Assembly: GCA_020633415.1 (NCBI GenBank)
Contig: JACKDQ010000001.1
Location: 582,723 to 646,722 of the forward strand
Reading direction: 5' to 3'
Length of the DNA stretch: 64,000 nucleotides
Source: Deltaproteobacteria bacterium
GTDB taxonomy: Bacteria; Myxococcota_A; Polyangia; GCA-2747355
The notes below the pieces were generated by a model. The model did not search any database. It was given only the letters and a program-made list of their open reading frames with translations, and was not told the DNA's origin. The position numbers and the translations under genes are program-made. Positions 19,584-29,339 of this stretch are shown here, piece by piece (within the stretch, counting starts at the first letter, position 1; each line of letters begins with the position of its first letter).

Positions 19584-20603
19584 CTAACGGGGTTGGGCGA
19601 TCACGCCGAGGTGCACGATGCGTGCGCCGGCGCGCGCGACGGGGTTGGTAGCCATCCCGACGACGATCGCCGGCTCCGGCGCCGTGTAGGTTCGCAGCAG
19701 CTGTCCCCAGGGATCGATGAGGCGAGCGATTTCATCTCCTGCGCTGAGCTCTTGCCGAAGCGCGACGCGCAGCCGCAGGATCCCGCCGGTGTCGGTGTAG
19801 AGCCAATACGATCGTCCGCACTCGATAGCGGCGTGCTCGTTGCGCTCGCCGTCGGGATCGACCATGTTGAGGTCTTCGAGGAGGTCGCGCAGACCGATAC
19901 GAGACTTGCGTACTAGCGGTCTTTCGATGACCTGCGGATCGCCAACTTCGACGGTGATGGCGTGCACGCCGGCCGCTGCCGCCGCGGCTCGCAACGTGCC
20001 GTCCCCTCCGGGGTTGTGCACGATGATCTCAGCGCCGATTTGCCGGGCCATCATCGCCGTTAGCTCGTTGCTCATGTCGGCGCGCACATAGAGCGAGTTG
20101 ACGCGACCAAAACTCGCAGTGTGCAAGTCGACGAGGTAGTCGAAATGGCCGATCAGGCGTTGCATCAATAGATGGGCATAGAGCTGCGCTTCATTGCCAT
20201 TGGCGCGGCCGGGCATGATGCGATTGAGGTCCTGGCCGTCGGGATATTCGCGCTGATAGCGGATGTAGGCCGGGAGGTTGACGATAGGTGCGCCGATCAG
20301 CGTACCGCGCAGCTTTTTGGGGTCGATGTGCTCGAAGAGCGCTTGGATCACGCGGATGCCGTTGACTTCGTTGCCGTGGATGGCTGCGGTGACGCCAAAT
20401 GTTGGTCCTGCTGTGCTTCCGCGTGCGACCAGCAGAGGTAGTCGTATCGGTCGCGCAGCGGCGTTTTCCAGTAGTGTGAGCGCGAGCAGATGAGTTCGCC
20501 CGGCTTCCAAGGTGGATACCTCGAGGTCGTCGACCACCTTGGGTTGCATCACTTCGTGTCGACTGATCCAGGTATTCGAGGAGACGTCGTCAGCGTTGAT
20601 CAT
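19584..20603 (-). CDS. Succinylglutamate desuccinylase / aspartoacylase (AstE/AspA) family zinc hydrolase
   Basis: GPTFGVTAAIHGNEVNGIRVIQ (HxxE zinc motif), with a length and layout typical of the AstE_AspA family. Confidence 0.7.
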   Translation of the reverse strand: MINADDVSSNTWISRHEVMQPKVVDDLEVSTLEAGRTHLLALTLLENAAARPIRLPLLVARGSTAGPTFGVTAAIHGNEVNGIRVIQALFEHIDPKKLRGTLIGAPIVNLPAYIRYQREYPDGQDLNRIMPGRANGNEAQLYAHLLMQRLIGHFDYLVDLHTASFGRVNSLYVRADMSNELTAMMARQIGAEIIVHNPGGDGTLRAAAAAAGVHAITVEVGDPQVIERPLVRKSRIGLRDLLEDLNMVDPDGERNEHAAIECGRSYWLYTDTGGILRLRVALRQELSAGDEIARLIDPWGQLLRTYTAPEPAIVVGMATNPVARAGARIVHLGVIAQPR

Positions 20604-20737
20604 GCCGCCATCGTAGCAGAGCGCCGTAGGCTGGGGCCATCTGCTGCGACGTCCCGAGCAAACGGTGCGCTAAGGCGCGGTCTCGCAGTATCTAGGCCGG
20701 ATGCCATCCGAACTGGCCGTCCGACGTCGGTAGCGAG

Positions 20738-20920
20738 GGAGGGGACGTAGGTTGAATTTAGGGAATTAGGCAACAACGGTTGCCAGCCGACGATATCCTC
20801 GCCATGGCACGCCAGCATCGCGTCGTATCGCCGGGTTCGACACAGCACGTTGTTTCCAGGTTTCTCGACCGACGCTTCCGGCTCGTCGACCCGATCGACC
20901 GCGACAATTACTTGCAGGGT
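20738..20920 (+). mobile_element. Truncated left-end copy (183 bp) of the RAYT/IS200-like element
   Basis: Identical to 22972-23154: the left inverted repeat plus the first ~40 codons of the transposase (MARQHRVVSPGSTQHVVSRFLDRRFRLVDPIDRDNYLQ). The sequence then diverges. Confidence 0.85.
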
Positions 20921-21361
20921 TTTCGTTTTTGAAAATGGTGGTGGTGTCCTATCAGACGGAGCAGGCGATGTTGCTCTGTTCTGCACTCACGCCCTGATGG
21001 CGATGGAGAAGAAGATGCCGTTGAAGTCTGTTACTTGGATCACCGCCTTCGGCTTCTGTTGGATTGACTGCGGCGCAGGCGATACCTCGCAGTGGCCGAG
21101 TGATCTGGCGGTCACCGAGGGACCGAAGCAACGCCGACGGGCCGAACTGCGAGCAACCGTTTCCCCCGCTTGAATGCACGCCAAAGTTCATGCACCCTGC
21201 GCGTTGGGCGCGGCCGCCCCGGGTAGCGGTACGCGCTCATCGGCTGCTCGCTTGCGACGTCGGCACGTGCGCACGCAGAGCTTTTCGCGACAAAGCCGAA
21301 AAGCCTTCACCGGGCCGGCCCCACGGATACTCGAGCTGCCACCCCGCTTTCCGCTTTCTTC

Positions 21362-22969
21362 ATGCTATCGGTGTTGTCTTTGAAATGTTTGACTGTTTTG
21401 CTTGCAACGGTTGTCACGATTCTTGCTTTTTGGAGATCTATGAGCCGACGATGCGCGAACGCTTCATCCTTAACGCACGCGGCCCTCTGCCGGCGATTGT
21501 CGTGGGCGCTGCTGATGGTGCTTACCGCAACCATCGGCTGCGGAGCGGTAGCGCAGGACCTCTCATCGAGCAGCGATTCGCCTGGCAAGGGCGAGAGGAC
21601 CAGCGCTGCCGATGTTTGGCCGGGCGGACTGATCCCCTACTACTTCATCGACGCCGAACGCCGGGTCTACCCGCCGCCTACTGCGGGCGCTTGGCCAGGG
21701 AATTGGCTGGCGGTGCATTTTGGTGAGGCCTACTCCGTCCGTATCAGCGATTGCTTCCAGCAGCTCGAGAGCTTCACCGGTCTGCGCTTCGTTCCGACCC
21801 AGTACGTGCACAACATGGCGTTTTCCAACGCGCTGGAGATCCGGCTCTATCGAAACGATGGCACGAGCTTTGCCAATCACCTCGGCTTTCGCGGGATCCC
21901 CACCGACTACATCGATGTCTCCAATCCCAAGCATTTCTGTCACGAGGTGATGCACAAGCTGGGCTTCGACCACACCCAGCAACGAAGCGATCGCGATCGC
22001 TATGTTCGTGTGCGGATGCAACATGTGGGCGAAGGGTTCGAGAACGAGTTCATCAAGAGCAGCGACGCACCTGTTGGGGACTACGATTTTCGCTCGGCGA
22101 TGCACTACAACTCCTACACCTTCAGCAAAGACTACTGTCCGGTGATTGTGCGCGCGCCGACCAATCAACGGGAGACGACCGCTGTCAACGATGATTGTCT
22201 GAAGTACATCGCCCACGATAGCGATCCGTTGCATCATCTGTACATCGAAGGGGCGCTGACGCTGAGCGGCAACGATTTTTGGTTGATTCGTCGCGCCTAC
22301 TGCCACTCGAGAATTTGCGGCGCAAAGTGTTCGCCGGACATCGCCTGCAACGCAGCGGTGGCTTCGACGCTGTTCGCTCAGCAATATCTCGGTGTCGCTC
22401 AGCAGGGCGAGTCCGCGCCGGCGGCAGCCTACAACAAGTTGTACGACAACGCCGCGCTGCGCGACCGCGTGATCGATGCTGCACTCAAACAGCCCGCCGA
22501 GCGCCACAACGCCGATCACGACAAGGGCCTCAATCGCGCGGTGATGTGGCCCGCCGGACGACCGCGACTGATCTGGATCACGCAGGAGCGCTACACCGTG
22601 CCGTTGAACGTACATCCGATCTGGGGTGGCCAGAGTCGCGATTCGTATCGGTTGTCCTGCTACCTCAGCGGTGGGCACATCTTCGATGCCACGTGCTTTG
22701 CCGACTTCGACGAACACCAAGGCGCGTGGCAGCTCAAGGTCGACCTGCGCTGGGGCACCAGCCGGCCGGAGATCCTCGGCAGCGAAACCACGGTGTGGGT
22801 GCCGACGACCGATGATCGTCTCGTGGAAGTCCAGCCGATGGCCCAGGCCAGTTGGTCCTACAACAGCGAATACGACGCGATCCAACTGCACGTGCCCAAG
22901 GCGATCTCCGCCGGTGCCAACGGCCCGCCCGATCTGCCCGCAGGCACCTGGTTGCTTGACCTGCCCTAA
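21362..22969 (+). CDS. Astacin-like (M12A-type) zinc metalloprotease lipoprotein, paralog A
   Basis: Zinc site HEVMHKLGFDHTQQRSDRDRYV (HExxHxxGFxH..RxDRDxY), Met-turn SAMHY, and a likely lipoprotein signal starting near 21440 (LTATIGC). The stop is 2 bp before the element's left end. Confidence 0.75.
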   Translation: MLSVLSLKCLTVLLATVVTILAFWRSMSRRCANASSLTHAALCRRLSWALLMVLTATIGCGAVAQDLSSSSDSPGKGERTSAADVWPGGLIPYYFIDAERRVYPPPTAGAWPGNWLAVHFGEAYSVRISDCFQQLESFTGLRFVPTQYVHNMAFSNALEIRLYRNDGTSFANHLGFRGIPTDYIDVSNPKHFCHEVMHKLGFDHTQQRSDRDRYVRVRMQHVGEGFENEFIKSSDAPVGDYDFRSAMHYNSYTFSKDYCPVIVRAPTNQRETTAVNDDCLKYIAHDSDPLHHLYIEGALTLSGNDFWLIRRAYCHSRICGAKCSPDIACNAAVASTLFAQQYLGVAQQGESAPAAAYNKLYDNAALRDRVIDAALKQPAERHNADHDKGLNRAVMWPAGRPRLIWITQERYTVPLNVHPIWGGQSRDSYRLSCYLSGGHIFDATCFADFDEHQGAWQLKVDLRWGTSRPEILGSETTVWVPTTDDRLVEVQPMAQASWSYNSEYDAIQLHVPKAISAGANGPPDLPAGTWLLDLP

Positions 22970-22971
22970 AA

Positions 22972-23881
22972 GGAGGGGACGTAGGTTGAATTTAGGGAAT
23001 TAGGCAACAACGGTTGCCAGCCGACGATATCCTCGCCATGGCACGCCAGCATCGCGTCGTATCGCCGGGTTCGACACAGCACGTTGTTTCCAGGTTTCTC
23101 GACCGACGCTTCCGGCTCGTCGACCCGATCGACCGCGACAATTACTTGCAGTGCATCGCCAGGATCGCTGATCAGGTGGATGTCCGCTGGTGGTCGTACG
23201 CACTGATGTCCTCTCACGTACATCACGGACTCCGCCCCAGTGTGGTCCCGCACGCCAGAGTCTTTCAGCCGCTTCACACCCGCTTCGCCCTGCTTTGGCA
23301 TCGCCGACACGGTGGGTTGGGTCCGGTATTCGCCGACCGCCCGAAGAACTGGGCTGTGCCGCAGGCGCTTGTCCCCCGCATGATTGCCTATCATCATCGA
23401 AATCCCGTTTCCGCGGGCGTCGTGTCGCGCGCGCAGGATTGCCGATGGACGAGCCATCGTGCCTACCTGCGCCTCGAAGCGCCGCCGCTTTGGCTCGACG
23501 TCGAGCAAGGCTTGGCGATTTGTGGCTTCTCCGATACCGCTGGCGGTCGGACAGCCTTCGATGAGTTTGTTCACGATGTTGATCTCGACCAGAGATCGCT
23601 CGACTTGGAGACGGTCAAACCTGTCGAAGTCGAGTGCGAACCGAGTCACGAGACCATCAGGTTGTTGCTTTGTCGTTTCTGCGAGGCTCGCAAGATTGCC
23701 CCTTCAACGATCACCAGCCCCTCGCGTCCGATCCGCGCCGAGCGTCTAGCGTTTGTCGCGATCGCTTTGAATGCTGGGTTTTCGCGGGTCGAGATCGGAC
23801 GTTGCCTGGGCATTTCACGCTCAGCCGTTACAAAGCTGGCCAGTCGTCTTGCTTAATTCCCCTAAGTCAACATACGTCCCC
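22972..23881 (+). mobile_element. Compact insertion-sequence-like element: HuH-Y1 transposase gene flanked by ~35-bp imperfect terminal inverted repeats
   Basis: Left end ggggacgtaggttgaatttagggaattaggcaacaa (22975-). The right end reverse-complemented is ggggacgtatgttgacttaggggaattaagcaagac (-23881). About 28 of 36 positions match. A single internal ORF fills the element. Confidence 0.7.
23014..23856 (+). CDS. IS200/IS605-like (RAYT-like) HuH-Y1 transposase fused to a C-terminal DnaA-type HTH
   Basis: HuH motif YALMSSHVHHG, a catalytic Tyr motif IAYHHRNPVSAGVV (the Y-x-H-x-NP-V-x-A-G-L-V of RAYT/TnpA-IS200), and a C-terminal segment LAFVAIALNAGFSRVEIGRCLGISRSAVTK resembling the DnaA C-terminal HTH. 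Confidence 0.75.
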   Translation: MPADDILAMARQHRVVSPGSTQHVVSRFLDRRFRLVDPIDRDNYLQCIARIADQVDVRWWSYALMSSHVHHGLRPSVVPHARVFQPLHTRFALLWHRRHGGLGPVFADRPKNWAVPQALVPRMIAYHHRNPVSAGVVSRAQDCRWTSHRAYLRLEAPPLWLDVEQGLAICGFSDTAGGRTAFDEFVHDVDLDQRSLDLETVKPVEVECEPSHETIRLLLCRFCEARKIAPSTITSPSRPIRAERLAFVAIALNAGFSRVEIGRCLGISRSAVTKLASRLA

Positions 23882-23987
23882 GAATCTCCGGTCTCGCGGC
23901 TACCGTCTTGGCATCCACAGCCGATCGCCACCGGAAGCGTTCCGATGCGCTCGCTTCTTGAATAGGCGAGCGCCAAATCGGCGGCGG

Positions 23988-24860
23988 CTACTTTTGTGTC
24001 GCTTGAGTGTTCGAGGCAGCAGGCTTTGCAAGGAAGCGCTGCAGGCCGAGACTGTCAAACGGTTTGAGTTCGACCTTGCTGCCGCTGGGCAGCAGCAAGC
24101 CTTGTGCGAGCCACTTGTCGAGTAACAGCTGCCGTGGAAGGCCGCTGTAATCGGCGTCGTGCCTTTCGCGTAGACCGGGCGCCTGAGTGGGCGATTCGAT
24201 GACGATCCGCTGGTACCGTCCAGCGCGCTCGAACGCCTCGCCGCCGGTTTGGATCATCGCCGTGCGGCCGCCCAAATCGTCATTCTCATATTGGATTTGA
24301 AAGCCTTCGCCGCGATACAAGAGGGTCCGCGAGCGTGTGGGTGAGTTGGTGTCGCCCCTGCTGGGGCCCTCGAGACGATTGATCAGTGTTCTCGTGCCGC
24401 GGCTATGCGAGGTCGTCATCGAAAGCAGCGTTCCGTCGAGAATGTCGTAGCTGGTTGTGTAGCTTCCACCGGCTGTGGGTTCGCGCAGCGTGAGCAGCAG
24501 CGCGTTGGCCGAACCAAAAAACTCCATGCTGCGTCCCGTGCGATCGGTGACCTTGTTCGGCTCTAAGGTCAGTGAATCGCTCTGTAGTCCGAGTTGTTTG
24601 GTCGCGAGCTCGAATATCTTTCCCTGCCGAAAGAGAATCTCGAATCTTGCGGCGGCACTTTTTGCGGTCTGGAAGGCTGTGGTGTTGCGTTGCTGGCGCT
24701 GCCCCAAGCGGGCGTTGTGCGCCGCACGCCAGGCCCCTGGCGATGGTTTGCTTGCGTTTTTCGTGGCGGGCGACGGATCGGCGGCAAGCGCCGGCGTGGC
24801 GGCCAGAGAAAACAACACAAAGAGCACGGTGTGGCGCTTCATCTCTTCCTCCGACCGCAA
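23988..24860 (-). CDS. Secreted hypothetical protein
   Basis: Signal peptide MKRHTVLFVLFSLAATPALA (start at about 24842). No domain recognised. Confidence 0.45.
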   Translation of the reverse strand: MRSEEEMKRHTVLFVLFSLAATPALAADPSPATKNASKPSPGAWRAAHNARLGQRQQRNTTAFQTAKSAAARFEILFRQGKIFELATKQLGLQSDSLTLEPNKVTDRTGRSMEFFGSANALLLTLREPTAGGSYTTSYDILDGTLLSMTTSHSRGTRTLINRLEGPSRGDTNSPTRSRTLLYRGEGFQIQYENDDLGGRTAMIQTGGEAFERAGRYQRIVIESPTQAPGLRERHDADYSGLPRQLLLDKWLAQGLLLPSGSKVELKPFDSLGLQRFLAKPAASNTQATQK

Positions 24861-25129
24861 GAGATTTCAAGTCTCGTGCCAGTGATCGCCGATCCGACGC
24901 CCCGGAAACCCAAGACAAAGGCAGCGTGAGCGGCGCCGTCGGTCACAGCACACCGGCCGACGTTTGCCGTGTGGCGACTGATTCTTTGTGCAATCGCGAA
25001 TGCTCGGCGAGACCTGCGCGGTCAGGGGGCTCTTCGGTCGTTGCGCCCGTTTCTCCCCAGCGGCGGAGCAATCGACGCCAGCACAGGCGCCGATGTTTGC
25101 GCCGTGCGCTGAAGCCACGCCGCGCGCGG

Positions 25130-25666
25130 CTACGCGCTGGGTATCATCGTCGCGCCATCGATCGCAAAGGGCTGCGTGACGCGATAGGGGCAGGCATCCT
25201 GGACAAGAATCAGGTTCAGCTTCCCACGCTGCCCGATCGGCTGAATGCGATACACGCCAGAGTGGCGCCCACAGAGGTTTTCCATCGCTGTCTCGGGATG
25301 CTGCGAGGTGTTGTATGCAGCAGTATCTGTGAACGTGAGGTAACCCGTTTGCCGATCGTAGCGGTAGTTGCCTTCAAATCGGGCCGTTGGGTAGACGTAG
25401 GTGAAGTGCTCGGCGGAGAAATGGACGATGTGTCTCGTCATGGTCCTTGTTTCGATCGTCCAGCTTCCCTGCAACGACAGCGGAGCGATCGTCTCGCCGT
25501 CTGGGTCGAGAACGTTGGCCGTCGGCGCGTTGTCGGCGTTGCCACCGTCGCGCGTCGATTCGCCTTTACCCGCGATGCCGTCGGTGGGGTCGCCGTCGGG
25601 TACCCCGCAGCCCGCTATGGCGATGAGGCAACAAGTGACGAGCCACACGTTGATAGGTGATTTCAT
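25130..25666 (-). CDS. Hypothetical lipoprotein
   Basis: MKSPINVWLVTCCLIAIAGC lipobox. 178 aa. Confidence 0.45.
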   Translation of the reverse strand: MKSPINVWLVTCCLIAIAGCGVPDGDPTDGIAGKGESTRDGGNADNAPTANVLDPDGETIAPLSLQGSWTIETRTMTRHIVHFSAEHFTYVYPTARFEGNYRYDRQTGYLTFTDTAAYNTSQHPETAMENLCGRHSGVYRIQPIGQRGKLNLILVQDACPYRVTQPFAIDGATMIPSA

Positions 25667-25979
25667 TGCTCCCCCTTTCGTGGTGACGAGAGAGCAAGCT
25701 ACGTGCCACGCCGAAGTCGTCGAGTTTACGCGAGCGCGAGGTATTTGCGGTCACCAGCGACCGTCGGCTCGCTGCTGTTGCTGGCTTGAACAAGCTCTAT
25801 TGACGCGACCTTATCCGAGCGCGTTGAGCGCAGAACCAGAACGAATGTCAGTTCCGGGGCGGTGCCGCGGATGTCTTGAGGGCTTCCCAAATCGCGGTTT
25901 CTGCGAAAACGCTGCAATCCTCCCTAGCGCTTTTCGCTTCCCCTACGCCTCAGCCTAGGTACATGGTTGAAGCAGGGCG

Positions 25980-27590
25980 TTGACCACGGCCAAACAACGG
26001 AGCAGATCTAGGAGGCTCGGCGTGAAGTTGCCAGCTGCGAACCGAGTCTGGGGCACGGCTTGTATCCTCGCCCTCGGCTACCTCATCGCCACGCTGGTCA
26101 CCAATTTGTCCGCGTTTCCCGGCCTTCACGGGGATGAAGCTTGGCGCGGCCTAGATGCACTTAGACTGCTGGCTGGTGGCTCGATCTCGCCACACGCGAT
26201 GAACACGTACACCGGTCCGATCCACAGCATGTTGATCGCTGCAGGATTCGCTCTGATCAGCCCCGATGTGCTTGCGCTTCGCCTGCCCGGAGTCTTGGCA
26301 AACATCGCCGCCTTTCTGCTGTTGGCCCTGGTCCTCGCGAAACATCGTTCGAGCCGCGCGAGCTTCATCTTTGTCGCAGGCGTTCTGACCTCGATGCTGC
26401 TGGTCTACTACGCGCGGGTAGCCTGGGAAGTAACAGCGTTGCACACGCTACTGCTCGCCGTGTCTATCGCAGCCATCCACGAAGTTGCCGGATCGGATCG
26501 CGCCCCGCGCTGGACATCGGCACTGTTTCTCGGGTCGGCACTGATTGGCGGCCTGAGCCACTTCATCTACTTTTGCGTGTCGTTTTCCTTCGCACTCGCC
26601 GGCGCTTTTCTTTTCTTGCTTCGCCCAACTAGGCGAACAGCTCACCTGCTTTTCGTTAGCGGATCCGGTGCGCTGATCGCTGCGGTGCTGTACCTGGTCA
26701 AGCCGAAGATCACGGCGCTGCAATGGAACCAGCATTCGGTTGCGCTAACGCTGTCGGCCTGCGCGCTGCCCGTCGTGCTGACCATCGCACTACACCTGCG
26801 ACCGACTGAGTCTCTACGGGACTTGTTGGTACGGATCGTCGCACCGCGCTCAAAACCGGCAATCGTCGTCGGCATTGTGCTCGTAACAGGACTGCTGGGC
26901 GGACTGCAACTTACGCGAAACGGCTTTGTCGCGGGCTTCATCGAGACGATGGGCAATACCGTTCTCCATCAGCGGATCGCCTCATATCTGCCGCCGGCTT
27001 CGCTTTCCATGCTCAACACGCTCTTCGCCTGGCTGGCTTGCCTGGCGGCCTTCGTGGCGTCTTGTGCAAACCTGCTGCGTTGGAAGACCCGTAGCGACGG
27101 TCTCCTGGTTTTCTCTCTGGTCTTTGTGCTGCTTGGCCCCGGGTTCTGGCTGGCAGGCCTCGTCACGAGCTCGATCAGGTACTTCTTGGTGCCTTCGCTG
27201 CTGTTGATTTGGATTCTAACAATGACGATCGACGATCTGGCGAGGCCATGGCTGCGCCGATTCTCGCTCAGCGTGTTGCTGGTCATCGCAGCAACGAATG
27301 CCGTCGCCTGGATTCCGATCACCTCGTCTAATGCCCGGCCGCCCCTGACCTTCAAAATAGGCAATTTGAGTGAGACTTCCGCCCATTTCATGCCGCTAGC
27401 CTACCTACGGGAAAACGCAGAGAGGCACCAGGCCTGCCTTTTTACGGGTAATTTCTTTCTGAGGATGCCGCTCAAATTCTATCAAGCGACGAGAAGGTGG
27501 GCGTGCAAGAGAGGGCTCGCTTTCGCAGCGCGGTACTGCAGAACATGCACCGACTCGCAGTATCTGGCCTTCGAGCTTCGACAACGTTGA
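25980..27590 (+). CDS. GT-C fold glycosyltransferase (ArnT / PMT family 39/83-like) membrane protein
   Basis: Polytopic membrane protein with an N-terminal loop motif FPGLHGDEAWRG...NTYTGPIHSMLIAAGF, typical of ArnT/PMT-type GT-C transferases. 536 aa. Confidence 0.55.
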   Translation: MTTAKQRSRSRRLGVKLPAANRVWGTACILALGYLIATLVTNLSAFPGLHGDEAWRGLDALRLLAGGSISPHAMNTYTGPIHSMLIAAGFALISPDVLALRLPGVLANIAAFLLLALVLAKHRSSRASFIFVAGVLTSMLLVYYARVAWEVTALHTLLLAVSIAAIHEVAGSDRAPRWTSALFLGSALIGGLSHFIYFCVSFSFALAGAFLFLLRPTRRTAHLLFVSGSGALIAAVLYLVKPKITALQWNQHSVALTLSACALPVVLTIALHLRPTESLRDLLVRIVAPRSKPAIVVGIVLVTGLLGGLQLTRNGFVAGFIETMGNTVLHQRIASYLPPASLSMLNTLFAWLACLAAFVASCANLLRWKTRSDGLLVFSLVFVLLGPGFWLAGLVTSSIRYFLVPSLLLIWILTMTIDDLARPWLRRFSLSVLLVIAATNAVAWIPITSSNARPPLTFKIGNLSETSAHFMPLAYLRENAERHQACLFTGNFFLRMPLKFYQATRRWACKRGLAFAARYCRTCTDSQYLAFELRQR

Positions 27591-27796
27591 CACGCCCCGA
27601 GAACAAGAACGCGTTGGCGGCAACGTTGAGGTAGGAACTAGAAGAGCACCTTCTTCAGCTTCGACGATGGCTTTGGCGACCAGCGCGGCCTTGGTGCTGC
27701 CTGTCGTTGGCAACCAAAGTTCGTGAGGCGCCGATTCACTCGGCGGTCGATGTCGGCGCCGCTATAGGCTTCTGTCGCCTGTCGGCCAGGTGGCTA

Positions 27797-27834
27797 CTTG
27801 TCTTGCTTAATTCCCCAAACTCAACGTACGTCCC
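27797..27834. repeat. Solo copy of the element's right inverted repeat
   Basis: cttgcttaattccccaaactcaacgtacgtcccc closely matches 23847-23881 (cttgcttaattcccctaagtcaacatacgtcccc). It lies immediately 3' of the astacin paralog B stop. Confidence 0.7.
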
Positions 27835-27836
27835 CA

Positions 27837-29339
27837 TCACGGGCGATCGAAAGGTACGCTGACCCAGCTGGTTTCGGGCAAGGCAGGCAAGCCGTCGAGC
27901 TTGATGCCGCGCGTCGTCAACGTCATCCGCCGGCTCTCGCGATCGAATTGCCAGCTGACCTCGCCGTCGATCATCAGCGGCGGGCTGTTTAGTGCCCGGT
28001 GCGCATAGATTTCGCTTCCTAACTGTTCGACGCCACCTTCGCCATCCCAGCGGAAGCCACCGCGAACGATGTAATGTCCGTCGCTATCGGTGGCGTAGAA
28101 CGTGCACTCGAGCTCGAAGACGTGGCCGCCAAGGGTCGAGCAGAATGCTTGTCTAAACGCGTCGCATTTTTCCTCGCACGCGTCGTCGAACCGCAGGGAA
28201 ACAGTCGTTCCCTCTTTGCGCCAACTCAGCGGTCCTCCCAGAAAGTAAGGCGACAAGTCTTGCGCGCGGTTAGCGTTGTTGGTGGCTGCCGGTCGGGCCA
28301 ATGCCGCATCGATCAGCTGATCGATGTCGCTGCGCCGCGCCAGACGCCGGTAAATGCTATCGATGCCGCCCCCGAAGACCGCCTTGGCCAGCTGCGTGCC
28401 GGCGATCCCTTGGCGACAATAATCAAGCGGCGCGCAGCGCGATCCGCATGCCTTGGAATGGCAGTAGGCGTACCGCACCAACCAGAGGTCGTTGCCGGTC
28501 GGTAGCAAGCTTGGTGGGATGTGGAGCTGATTGTTTGGATCGGTGTAGCGCGTGCCATCTTCGGCGATTTTCTGCTCGTTGACGATTTGGTGGTAACACG
28601 GACGCGGATCGATCGCGGCATCTGGCGCTGGCCGCTTGAGGATCGTCGCACAGCCGTCCTTTGTCCCAGCGAAGGAACTGTAGTGCATCAGCGATGCGAC
28701 GTCGTATTGGCCAATATCGATCACCGAGGTCCCGCTGTACGGTTTGAAGGCGTAAAGCAGCTCAGTCTTGATGCGATCTTCGCGAATCAAAACGTAGCGG
28801 TCGCGATCTCGGCGCTGGTGGGTGTGAAGGAATCCCAGCTTGTGCATCAGCTCATGGCAAAACGTGCTCGAGTTGGCGATCGTCACAGCGTTGCCCTCGG
28901 GCGCCGCGCCGGGGCTGTCTGCGTAGCCGCCGATGTTTTCAGCTAGCTTGGTGAACTTGATCGCCAGAGCAGCGGGCGAAGGGCGTGTCTGCGGTACGAA
29001 TCGCAGGCCGGTGGTGCTCAGGCGCTTAAAGCATTCCCCCAGGCGATAGCCCAGCTGATCGTGGTCAGCGGGAAACTGTCGCTTGAGCCGCGCCGCCACC
29101 CAGCTGGCCGGCCAGTAGCGTAGCGTGCCCGGCGGCTCGATCAGTTGACCCGCATCATCGACCAGGTAGTAGGGCACGATGCCGTTGGCCCAGCGCCGTG
29201 TCGGCGAACCGACCAGCGGGTTCTCGCCTTTGCGCCACTCGTCGTTGCGCCTCTGCGCTGCGTCGCTCCCCGGCTCAGGCTGGAGTCCGCAGGCCGAACA
29301 GAGCATTAACATCGCGGCTAACAAGCGAAACATCGACAA
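27837..29339 (-). CDS. Astacin-like (M12A-type) zinc metalloprotease lipoprotein, paralog B
   Basis: HELMHKLGFLHTHQRRDRDRYV, Met-turn SLMHY, lipobox (LMLCSAC). It shares a C-terminal Cys module with paralog A (NDLWLVRYAYCHSKACGSRCAP versus NDFWLIRRAYCHSRICGAKCSP). Confidence 0.75.
   Translation of the reverse strand: MSMFRLLAAMLMLCSACGLQPEPGSDAAQRRNDEWRKGENPLVGSPTRRWANGIVPYYLVDDAGQLIEPPGTLRYWPASWVAARLKRQFPADHDQLGYRLGECFKRLSTTGLRFVPQTRPSPAALAIKFTKLAENIGGYADSPGAAPEGNAVTIANSSTFCHELMHKLGFLHTHQRRDRDRYVLIREDRIKTELLYAFKPYSGTSVIDIGQYDVASLMHYSSFAGTKDGCATILKRPAPDAAIDPRPCYHQIVNEQKIAEDGTRYTDPNNQLHIPPSLLPTGNDLWLVRYAYCHSKACGSRCAPLDYCRQGIAGTQLAKAVFGGGIDSIYRRLARRSDIDQLIDAALARPAATNNANRAQDLSPYFLGGPLSWRKEGTTVSLRFDDACEEKCDAFRQAFCSTLGGHVFELECTFYATDSDGHYIVRGGFRWDGEGGVEQLGSEIYAHRALNSPPLMIDGEVSWQFDRESRRMTLTTRGIKLDGLPALPETSWVSVPFDRP

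Noticed and set aside
20600-23649. Minus-strand ORFs 20600..20986 and 22966..23649 share the identical peptide ...LQVIVAVDRVDEPEASVEKPGNNVLCRTRRYDAMLACHGEDIVGWQPLLPNSLNSTYVPS
   Set aside because: Both are antisense reads through the two copies of the element's left end. They are an artefact of the repeat, not a conserved gene.
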